A DNA stretch of 64,000 nucleotides, from contig NW_025963802.1 in NCBI RefSeq assembly GCF_023055435.1, positions 558,001 through 622,000 of the forward strand. The letters are read 5' to 3'. A program made the position numbers and the translations under genes. This document shows positions 53,891-64,000 of the stretch, one piece after another (position 1 is the first letter of the stretch; the number at the start of each line of letters is the position of its first letter). Source of the DNA: Haliotis rufescens. Taxonomy: Eukaryota. A model generated the notes under the pieces. The model ran no database searches, was not told where the DNA came from, and was given only the letters and a program-made list of their open reading frames with translations.

Positions 53891-53946
53891 AGGCTATAAC
53901 TATCATTTTAGTTTTGTGGTGTGTTGATAACGTAGGTTTCAGTAAA
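53891..53946 (+). repeat. Split direct repeat B2 (right terminus, 56 bp)
   Basis: Ends ...TTTCAGTAAA; host sequence resumes with GCTTAC at 53947. Confidence 0.92.
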
Positions 53947-54627
53947 GCTTACATTTTGGCAACCGCCAGGTATCATCACTATCTGGTAGTCATTCATACG
54001 CACATGCTTGTGATCATTATAGTCGGAATCGTACAATGGTCGCTGCTTCGAGCAGAGGTTTCGAATGATTCTGAAAAGGGTTTTGTGGCTTTTATTTGCA
54101 ACTGCGTTCCTTGAGAGAACTCTCTTATTTTCAACATATCGTCTTGATAATTGTACACTTCATTATCAATGCATTTGTGATAATACGAGCATCACTAAAT
54201 TTGTTATCTCAATTTCTATAGATAACGCCTGAATATTGATATAATAATCATTCAATGATGACCCTTTAACTACATAAATCGTCAACACCAGAGAATAATG
54301 AGGCTACATTATCTGCTGAAACAGATTTCATTGGGCGTAAAAGGCAAGATTGTGCTGAAACATATACTGAATATCAGTGATGTCACCAGGTGTTAGTGAA
54401 TAGTTTTATATTTATATATATTTGTTGGATGTTTCATGAGCTCCTCCGTCCGTTCCATCGTGTGCCAAATTGGGAGAATGTTGTCTTTTGACAATCACTT
54501 GACAAAATATCATCCATTCCAAACAATCCAAAACTTGGAAATACCACCATTCCAAATGGAAATATGACCATTCCAAAATTTGTCAAGGTCATATTTCCAA
54601 GCTTGGATTTTTTGGGATTTGTTTGGA

Positions 54628-55061
54628 TTTGTTTGGATATGTTTGGATACAACATGTCATAATCATATCTGTTAAACGTTGTACAACTTTTGACCTTATG
54701 TGAGATTAGTAATGACATGAAAGTAAATAATTAAGAGTATTTTGGCACTATTTACCACGAAAAGACCAAATCATGAGCAAATATAACTAAAAGAATTTCT
54801 GTCATTTAAAGTGGCTACTCTTTATATTTAATTTCTGATCCTCCTTGTCTATAATCATATGACATTGACTATGAACTTTGAACACTTAAACAAATATTTT
54901 GTTTGGATATGTTTGGATACAACATGTCATAATCATATGTTAAACGTTGTACAACTTTTGACCTTATGCGAGATTAGTAATGACATGAAAGTAAATAATT
55001 AAGAGTATTTTGGCACTATTTACAACGAAAAGACCAAATCATGAGCAAATGTAACTAAAAG
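54628..55061. repeat. ~165-bp direct repeat pair (54628-54793 and 54898-55061), 270-bp offset
   Basis: TTTGTTTGGATATGTTTGGATACAACATGTC...GAGCAAAT(A/G)TAACTAAAAG occurs twice with few differences; the second copy runs straight into the satellite. Confidence 0.9.
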
Positions 55062-58000
55062 TGTGAAGTGGGACAGAAGTGATGTGTGAAGTGGGAGAGA
55101 AGTGATGTGTGAAGTTGGCCCGATGTGCTGGTGAAGACCAGAAGTCATGTGTGAAGTTGGACAGAAGTGATGTGTGAAGTGGGACAGACGTGATGTGTGA
55201 AGTGGGACAGAAGTGATGTGTGAACTGGGACAGACGTGATGTGTGAACTGGGACAGACGTGATGTGTGAAGTGGGAAAGAAGTGAAGTGTGAAGTGGGAC
55301 AGAAGTGAAGTGTGAAGTGGGACAGAAGTGATGTGTGAAGTGGGACAGAAGTGATGTGTGAAGTGGGACAGAAGTGTTGTGTGAAATGGGACAGAATTGA
55401 TGTGTGAACTGGGACAGACGTGATGTGTGAAGTGGGACAGAAGTGATGTGTGAAGACCAGAAGTGATGTGTGAACTGGGACAGACGTGATGTGTGAAGAC
55501 CAGAAGTGATGTGTGAAGTGGGACAAAAGTGTTGTGTGAAGTGGGCCCGATGTGCTTGTGAAGACCAGAAGTGATGTGTGAAGTGGGACAGAAGTGATGT
55601 GTGAAGTGGGACAGAAGTGATGTGTGAAGTGGGACAGAATTGATGTGTGAAGTGGGACAGAAGTGATGTGTGAAGTAGGACAGAAGTGATGTGTGAAGTG
55701 GGACAGAAGTGATGTGTGAAGTGGGACAGAATTGATGTGTGAAGTGGGACAGAAGTGATGTGTGAAGTGGGACAGAATTGATGTGTGAAGTGGGACAGAA
55801 GTGATGTGTGAAGTGGGACAGAAGTGATGTGTGAAGTGGGACAGAATTGATGTGTGAAGTGGGACAGAAGTGATGTGTGAAGTAGGACAGAAGTGATGTG
55901 TGAAGTGGGACAGAAGTGATGTGTGAAGTGGGACAGAATTGATGTGTGAAGTGGGACAGAAGTGATGTGTGAAGTGGGACAGAATTGATGTGTGAAGTGG
56001 GACAGAAGTGATGTGTGAAGTGGGACAGAAGTGATGTGTGAAGTGGGACAGAATTGATGTGTGAAGTGGGACAGAAGTGATGTGTGAAGTGGGACAGAAG
56101 TGATGTGTGAAGTGGGACAGAAGTGATGTGTGAACTGGGACAGACGTGATGTGTGAAGTGGGACAGAAGTGTTGTGTGAAGTGGGACAGAAGTGATGTGT
56201 GACAGAAGGGTTGTGTGATGTGGGACAGAAGTGATGTGTGAAGTGGGACAGAAATGTTGTGTGAAGTGGGACAGAAGTGTTGTGTGAAGTGGGACAGAAG
56301 TGATGTGTGAAGTGGGACAGAAGTGTTGTGTGAAGTGGGACAGAAGTGTTGTGTGAAGTGGGACAGAAGTGATGTGTGACAGAAGTGATGTGTGAACTGG
56401 GACAGACGTCATGTGTGAAGACCAGAAGTGATGTGTGAAGTGGGACAGAAGTGATGTGTGAAGTGGGCCCGATGTGATGTGTGAAGACCAGAAGTGATGT
56501 GTGAAGTGGGACAGACGTGATGTGTGAAGACCAGAAGTGATGTGTGAAGTGGGACAGAAGTGATGTGTCAAGTGGGACAGAAGTGAAGTGGGACAGAAGG
56601 GTTGTGTGATGTGGGACAGAAGTGATGTGTGAAGTGGGACAGAAATGTTGTGTGAAGTGGGGCAGAAGTGAAGTGGGACAGAAGTGTTGTGTGAAGTGGG
56701 GCAGAAGTGATGTGTGAAGTGGGACAGAAGTGATGTGTGAAGTGGGACAGAAGTGATGTGCGAAGTGGCTCAGAAGTGATGTGTGAAGTGGGACAGAAGT
56801 GATGTGTGACAGAAGGGTTGTGTGATGTGGGACAGAAGTGATGTGTGAAGTGGGACAGAAATGTTGTGTGAAGTGGGACAGAAGTGTTGTGTGAAGTGGG
56901 ACAGAAGTGAAGTGTGAAGTGGGACAGAAGTGTTGTGTGAAGTGGGACAGAAGTGTTGTGTGAAGTGGGACAGAAGTGATGTGTGAAGTGGGACAGAAGT
57001 GATGTGTGACAGAAGTGATGTGTGAACTGGGACAGACGTCATGTGTGAAGACCAGAAGTGATGTGTGAAGTGGGACAGAAGTGATGTGTGAAGTGGGCCC
57101 GATGTGATGTGTGAAGACCAGAAGTGATGTGTGAAGTGGGACAGACGTGATGTGTGAAGACCAGAAGTGATCTGTGAAGTGGGACAGAAGTGATGTGTCA
57201 AGTGGGACAGAAGTGAAGTGGGACAGAAGGGTTGTGTGATGTGGGACAGAAGTGATGTGTGAAGTGGGACAGAAATGTTGTGTGAAGTGGGGCAGAAGTG
57301 AAGTGGGACAGAAGTGTTGTGTGAAGTGGGGCAGAAGTGATGTGTGAAGTGGGACAGAAGTGTTGTGTGAAGTGGGACAGAAGTGATGTGTGAAGTGGGA
57401 CAGAAGTGATGTGCGAAGTGGCTCAGAAGTGATGTGTGAAGTGGGACAGAAGTGATGTGTGAAGTGGGACAGATGTGTTGTGTGAAGTGGGACAGAAGTG
57501 ATGTGTGAAGTAGGACAGAAGTGATGTGTGAAGTGGGACAGAAGCGATGTGTGAAGTGGGACAGAAGTTTTGTGTGAAGTGGGACAGAAGTGATGTGTGA
57601 AGTGGGACAGAAGTGATGTGTGAAGTGGGACGGAAATGTTGTGTGAAGACCAGAAGTGTTGTGTGAAGACCAGAAAAGATGTGTCAAGTGGGACAGAAGT
57701 GATGTGTGAAGTGGGAGAGAAGTGTTGTGTGAAGTGGGACAGAAAGGATGTGTGAAGTGGGACAGAAGTGATGTGTGAAGTGGGACAGAAGTGATGTGTG
57801 AAGTGGGACAGAAGTGATGTGTCAAGTGGGACAGAAGTGTTGTGTGAAGTGGGACAGAAAGGATGTGTGAAGTGGGACAGAAGTGTTGTGTGAAGTGGGA
57901 CAGAAGTGATGTGTGAAGTGGGACAGAAGTGATGTGTGAAGTGGGACAGAAGTGAAGTGGGACAGAAGTGATGTATGAAGTGGGACAGAAGTGTTGTGTG

Positions 58001-61000
58001 AAGTGGGACAGAAGTGAAGTGGGACAGAAGTGATGTGTGAAGTTGGACAGAAGTGATGTGTGATGTGGGACAGAAGTGTTGTGTGAAGTGGGACAGAAGT
58101 GATGTGTGAAGACCAGAAGTGATGGGTGAAGTGGGACAGAAGTGATGGGTGAAGTGGGACAGACGTGATGTGTGAAGTGGGACAGAAGTGTTGTGTGAAG
58201 TGGGACAGAAGTGATGTGTGAAGTGGGACAGAAGTGATGTGTGAAGTGGGACAGAAGTGTTGTGTGAAGTGGGCCCGATGTGCTTGTGAAGACCAGAAGT
58301 GATGTGTGAAGTGGGACAGAAGTGATGTGTGAAGTGGGACAGACGTGATGTGTGAAGTGGGACAGAAGTGATGTGTGAAGTGGGAGAGAAGTGTTGTGTG
58401 AAGTGGGCCCGATGTGCTGGTGAAGACCAGAAGTGATGTGTGAAGTGGGACAGAAGTGATGTGTGAAGTGGGACAGACGTGATGTGTGAAGTGGGAGAGA
58501 AGTGATGTGTGAAGTGGGACAGAAGTGTTGTGTGAAGTGGGCCCAATGTGCTGGTGAAGACCAGAAGTGATGTGTGAAGTGGAACAGAAGTGAAGTGTGA
58601 AGTGGGACAGAAGTGATGTGTGAAGTGGGACAGAAGTGTTGTGTGAAGTGGGACAGAAGTGTTGTGTGAAGTGGGACAGAAGTGTTGTGTGAACTGGGAC
58701 AGAAGTGATGTGTGAAGACCAGAAGTGATGTGTGAAGTGGGACAGAAGTGATGTGTGAAGTGGGACAGAAGTGTTGTGTGAAGTGGGCCCGATGTGCTTG
58801 TGAAGACCAGAAGTGATGTGTGAAGTGGGACAGAAGTGATGTGTGAAGTGGGACAGAAGTGATGTGTGAAGTGGGACAGAAGTGATGTGTGAAGTGGGAC
58901 AGAAGTGTTGTGTGAAGTGGGACAGAAGTGATGTGTGAAGTGGGACAGAAGTGATGTGTGAAGTGGGACAGACGTGATGTGTGAAGTGGGACAGAAGTGA
59001 TGTGTGAACTGGGACAGACGTGATGTGTGAACTGGGACAGACGTGATGTGTGAAGTGGGAAAGAAGTGAAGTGTGAAGTGGGACAGAAGTGAAGTGTGAA
59101 GTGGGACAGAAGTGATGTGTGAAGTGGGACAGAAGTGATGTGTGAAGTGGGACAGAAGTGTTGTGTGAAATGGGACAGAATTGATGTGTGAACTGGGACA
59201 GACGTGATGTGTGAAGTGGGACAGAAGTGATGTGTGAAGACCAGAAGTGATGTGTGAACTGGGACAGACGTGATGTGTGAAGACCAGAAGTGATGTGTGA
59301 AGTGGGACAAAAGTGTTGTGTGAAGTGGGCCCGATGTGCTTGTGAAGACCAGAAGTGATGTGTGAAGTGGGACAGAAGTGATGTGTGAAGTGGGACAGAA
59401 GTGATGTGTGAAGTGGGACAGAATTGATGTGTGAAGTGGGACAGAAGTGATGTGTGAAGTAGGACAGAAGTGATGTGTGAAGTGGGACAGAAGTGATGTG
59501 TGAAGTGGGACAGAATTGATGTGTGAAGTGGGACAGAAGTGATGTGTGAAGTGGGACAGAATTGATGTGTGAAGTGGGACAGAAGTGATGTGTGAAGTGG
59601 GACAGAAGTGATGTGTGAAGTGGGACAGAATTGATGTGTGAAGTGGGACAGAAGTGATGTGTGAAGTAGGACAGAAGTGATGTGTGAAGTGGGACAGAAG
59701 TGATGTGTGAAGTGGGACAGAATTGATGTGTGAAGTGGGACAGAAGTGATGTGTGAAGTGGGACAGAATTGATGTGTGAAGTGGGACAGAAGTGATGTGT
59801 GAAGTGGGACAGAATTGATGTGTGAAGTGGGACAGAATTGATGTGTGAAGTGGGACAGAAGTGATGTGTGAAGTGGGACAGAAGTGATGTGTGAAGTGGG
59901 ACAGAAGTGATGTGTGAACTGGGACAGACGTGATGTGTGAAGTGGGACAGAAGTGTTGTGTGAAGTGGGACAGAAGTGATGTGTGACAGAAGGGTTGTGT
60001 GATGTGGGACAGAAGTGATGTGTGAAGTGGGACAGAAATGTTGTGTGAAGTGGGACAGAAGTGTTGTGTGAAGTGGGACAGAAGTGATGTGTGAAGTGGG
60101 ACAGAAGTGTTGTGTGAAGTGGGACAGAAGTGTTGTGTGAAGTGGGACAGAAGTGATGTGTGACAGAAGTGATGTGTGAACTGGGACAGACGTCATGTGT
60201 GAAGACCAGAAGTGATGTGTGAAGTGGGACAGAAGTGATGTGTGAAGTGGGCCCGATGTGATGTGTGAAGACCAGAAGTGATGTGTGAAGTGGGACAGAC
60301 GTGATGTGTGAAGACCAGAAGTGATGTGTGAAGTGGGACAGAAGTGATGTGTCAAGTGGGACAGAAGTGAAGTGGGACAGAAGGGTTGTGTGATGTGGGA
60401 CAGAAGTGATGTGTGAAGTGGGACAGAAATGTTGTGTGAAGTGGGGCAGAAGTGAAGTGGGACAGAAGTGTTGTGTGAAGTGGGGCAGAAGTGATGTGTG
60501 AAGTGGGACAGAAGTGATGTGTGAAGTGGGACAGAAGTGATGTGCGAAGTGGCTCAGAAGTGATGTGTGAAGTGGGACAGAAGTGATGTGTGACAGAAGG
60601 GTTGTGTGATGTGGGACAGAAGTGATGTGTGAAGTGGGACAGAAATGTTGTGTGAAGTGGGACAGAAGTGTTGTGTGAAGTGGGACAGAAGTGAAGTGTG
60701 AAGTGGGACAGAAGTGTTGTGTGAAGTGGGACAGAAGTGTTGTGTGAAGTGGGACAGAAGTGATGTGTGAAGTGGGACAGAAGTGATGTGTGACAGAAGT
60801 GATGTGTGAACTGGGACAGACGTCATGTGTGAAGACCAGAAGTGATGTGTGAAGTGGGACAGAAGTGATGTGTGAAGTGGGCCCGATGTGATGTGTGAAG
60901 ACCAGAAGTGATGTGTGAAGTGGGACAGACGTGATGTGTGAAGACCAGAAGTGATCTGTGAAGTGGGACAGAAGTGATGTGTCAAGTGGGACAGAAGTGA

Positions 61001-64000
61001 AGTGGGACAGAAGGGTTGTGTGATGTGGGACAGAAGTGATGTGTGAAGTGGGACAGAAATGTTGTGTGAAGTGGGGCAGAAGTGAAGTGGGACAGAAGTG
61101 TTGTGTGAAGTGGGGCAGAAGTGATGTGTGAAGTGGGACAGAAGTGTTGTGTGAAGTGGGACAGAAGTGATGTGTGAAGTGGGACAGAAGTGATGTGCGA
61201 AGTGGCTCAGAAGTGATGTGTGAAGTGGGACAGAAGTGATGTGTGAAGTGGGACAGATGTGTTGTGTGAAGTGGGACAGAAGTGATGTGTGAAGTAGGAC
61301 AGAAGTGATGTGTGAAGTGGGACAGAAGCGATGTGTGAAGTGGGACAGAAGTTTTGTGTGAAGTGGGACAGAAGTGATGTGTGAAGTGGGACAGAAGTGA
61401 TGTGTGAAGTGGGACGGAAATGTTGTGTGAAGACCAGAAGTGTTGTGTGAAGACCAGAAAAGATGTGTCAAGTGGGACAGAAGTGATGTGTGAAGTGGGA
61501 GAGAAGTGTTGTGTGAAGTGGGACAGAAAGGATGTGTGAAGTGGGACAGAAGTGATGTGTGAAGTGGGACAGAAGTGATGTGTGAAGTGGGACAGAAGTG
61601 ATGTGTCAAGTGGGACAGAAGTGTTGTGTGAAGTGGGACAGAAAGGATGTGTGAAGTGGGACAGAAGTGTTGTGTGAAGTGGGACAGAAGTGATGTGTGA
61701 AGTGGGACAGAAGTGATGTGTGAAGTGGGACAGAAGTGAAGTGGGACAGAAGTGATGTATGAAGTGGGACAGAAGTGTTGTGTGAAGTGGGACAGAAGTG
61801 AAGTGGGACAGAAGTGATGTGTGAAGTTGGACAGAAGTGATGTGTGATGTGGGACAGAAGTGTTGTGTGAAGTGGGACAGAAGTGATGTGTGAAGACCAG
61901 AAGTGATGTGTGAAGTGGGACAGAAGTGATGGGTGAAGTGGGACAGACGTGATGTGTGAAGTGGGACAGAAGTGTTGTGTGAAGTGGGACAGAAGTGATG
62001 TGTGAAGTGGGACAGAAGTGATGTGTGAAGTGGGACAGAAGTGTTGTGTGAAGTGGGCCCGATGTGCTTGTGAAGACCAGAAGTGATGTGTGAAGTGGGA
62101 CAGAAGTGATGTGTGAAGTGGGACAGACGTGATGTGTGAAGTGGGACAGAAGTGATGTGTGAAGTGGGAGAGAAGTGTTGTGTGAAGTGGGCCCGATGTG
62201 CTGGTGAAGACCAGAAGTGATGTGTGAAGTGGGACAGAAGTGATGTGTGAAGTGGGACAGACGTGATGTGTGAAGTGGGAGAGAAGTGATGTGTGAAGTG
62301 GGACAGAAGTGTTGTGTGAAGTGGGCCCAATGTGCTGGTGAAGACCAGAAGTGATGTGTGAAGTGGAACAGAAGTGAAGTGTGAAGTGGGACAGAAGTGA
62401 TGTGTGAAGTGGGACAGAAGTGTTGTGTGAAGTGGGACAGAAGTGTTGTGTGAAGTGGGACAGAAGTGTTGTGTGAACTGGGACAGAAGTGATGTGTGAA
62501 GACCAGAAGTGATGTGTGAAGTGGGACAGAAGTGATGTGTGAAGTGGGACAGAAGTGTTGTGTGAAGTGGGCCCGATGTGCTTGTGAAGACCAGAAGTGA
62601 TGTGTGAAGTGGGACAGAAGTGATGTGTGAAGTGGGACAGAAGTGATGTGTGAAGTGGGACAGAAGTGATGTGTGAAGTGGGACAGAAGTGTTGTGTGAA
62701 GTGGGACAGAAGTGATGTGTGAAGTGGGACAGAAGTGATGTGTGAAGTGGGACAGACGTGATGTGTGAAGTGGGACAGAAGTGATGTGTGAACTGGGACA
62801 GACGTGATGTGTGAACTGGGACAGACGTGATGTGTGAAGTGGGAAAGAAGTGAAGTGTGAAGTGGGACAGAAGTGAAGTGTGAAGTGGGACAGAAGTGAT
62901 GTGTGAAGTGGGACAGAAGTGATGTGTGAAGTGGGACAGAAGTGTTGTGTGAAATGGGACAGAATTGATGTGTGAACTGGGACAGACGTGATGTGTGAAG
63001 TGGGACAGAAGTGATGTGTGAAGACCAGAAGTGATGTGTGAACTGGGACAGACGTGATGTGTGAAGACCAGAAGTGATGTGTGAAGTGGGACAAAAGTGT
63101 TGTGTGAAGTGGGCCCGATGTGCTTGTGAAGACCAGAAGTGATGTGTGAAGTGGGACAGAAGTGATGTGTGAAGTGGGACAGAAGTGATGTGTGAAGTGG
63201 GACAGAATTGATGTGTGAAGTGGGACAGAAGTGATGTGTGAAGTAGGACAGAAGTGATGTGTGAAGTGGGACAGAAGTGATGTGTGAAGTGGGACAGAAT
63301 TGATGTGTGAAGTGGGACAGAAGTGATGTGTGAAGTGGGACAGAATTGATGTGTGAAGTGGGACAGAAGTGATGTGTGAAGTGGGACATAAGTGATGTGT
63401 GAAGTGGGACAGAATTGATGTGTGAAGTGGGACAGAAGTGATGTGTGAAGTAGGACAGAAGTGATGTGTGAAGTGGGACAGAAGTGATGTGTGAAGTGGG
63501 ACAGAATTGATGTGTGAAGTGGGACAGAAGTGATGTGTGAAGTGGGACAGAAGTGATGTGTGAAGTGGGACAGAATTGATGTGTGAAGTGGGACAGAAGT
63601 GTTGTGTGAAGTGGGACAGAAGTGATGTGTGACAGAAGTGATGTGTGAACTGGGACAGACGTCATGTGTGAAGACCAGAAGTGATGTGTGAAGTGGGACA
63701 GAAGTGATGTGTGAAGTGGGCCCGATGTGATGTGTGAAGACCAGAAGTGATGTGTGAAGTGGGACAGACGTGATGTGTGAAGACCAGAAGTGATGTGTGA
63801 AGTGGGACAGAAGTGATGTGTCAAGTGGGACAGAAGTGAAGTGGGACAGAAGGGTTGTGTGATGTGGGACAGAAGTGATGTGTGAAGTGGGACAGAAATG
63901 TTGTGTGAAGTGGGGCAGAAGTGAAGTGGGACAGAAGTGTTGAGTGAAGTGGGGCAGAAGTGATGTGTGAAGTGGGACAGAAGTGATGTGTGAAGTGGGA
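55061..64000. repeat. 23-bp satellite (GAAGTGGGACAGAAGTGATGTGT)n with a 3,784-bp higher-order repeat; runs off the right edge
   Basis: Monomer = GAAGTGGGACA + GAAGTGATGTGT. Variant patterns recur at a 3,784-bp offset (ORF-track pairs 56770/60554, 59310/63094, 56571/60355). Confidence 0.97.

Larger units (their letters stand above)
50058..53946 (+). mobile_element. Tyrosine-recombinase retrotransposon (DIRS order; split direct repeats plus methyltransferase, PAT-like), 3,889 bp, degenerate, no TSD
   Basis: Inserted precisely into GGGGCAGGATAC|GCTTAC, which is uninterrupted in the 11 other units. Contains gag-like, RT, RNase H, MT and YR remnants. Repeats are arranged A1...B1-A2...B2. Confidence 0.93.
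5440..54495. repeat. Tandem gene array: 11 complete ~4,034-bp units plus a ~0.97-kb partial 12th unit interrupted by a YR retrotransposon
   Basis: The unit start ACACTAGTACAGCC occurs at 5440, 9342, 13376 ... 49633. Spacing of the gene 3' ends is 3899, 4034, 4034, 4035, 4014, 4034, 4014, 4035, 4035, 4022 bp. Homology ends at ...GTCTTTTGACAAT (54495). Confidence 0.98.

Noticed and set aside
50058-53946. Idea that the YR element drove the array amplification or was precisely excised from the other 11 units
   Set aside because: No element remnants or footprints occur in other units, and array boundaries do not coincide with the element ends. A single insertion into the terminal unit is more parsimonious.
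55020-63824. Very long His/Thr/Ser-rich ORFs (up to 2000 aa) on the minus strand
   Set aside because: All three minus frames are open and give the same 23-aa permuted repeat, because the 23-bp monomer contains no stop codon on that strand. Frequent indels are not multiples of 3, and there is no signal peptide or unique domain. These are satellite artefacts.
55061-64000. Possible CRISPR array, telomeric repeat or G-quadruplex array
   Set aside because: There are no unique spacers or cas genes and the context is eukaryotic. The repeat is not TTAGGG-like, and it has only one GGG tract per 23 bp with ~20-nt loops.

Overview
Eukaryotic, repeat-dominated, AT-rich window, probably from a mollusc. 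The SINE at 5030-5306 resembles abalone/Haliotis SINEs as I recall them; this is unverified. Left flank (1-5439): a 48-bp minisatellite, a decayed 5'-truncated LINE (minus strand), and a decayed Tc1/mariner element that carries a SINE insertion with a target-site duplication (TSD) and is cut off just before its third catalytic residue. Centre (5440-54495): a near-homogeneous tandem array of 11 complete ~4.03-kb units plus a ~0.97-kb partial unit. Each complete unit carries one minus-strand, three-exon gene for a small secreted Gly/Tyr/Leu-rich protein built from GGLYGGx heptads. The spliced product is 121 aa and ends ...GLGKGIGYY; the 152-aa ORF-track version reads into intron 2. Copy 1 has lost its TATA box and start site through a 135-bp deletion, and copies 5 and 7 lack one heptad. 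The terminal partial unit contains a structurally complete but degenerate 3,889-bp tyrosine-recombinase retrotransposon (gag, RT, RNase H, Dam-like methyltransferase, YR). It has split direct repeats (A1...B1-A2...B2, PAT-like architecture) and no TSD, and the other 11 units show the empty site. Right flank (55061-64000): a strand-asymmetric 23-bp satellite with a 3,784-bp higher-order repeat; its very long ORFs are artefacts.
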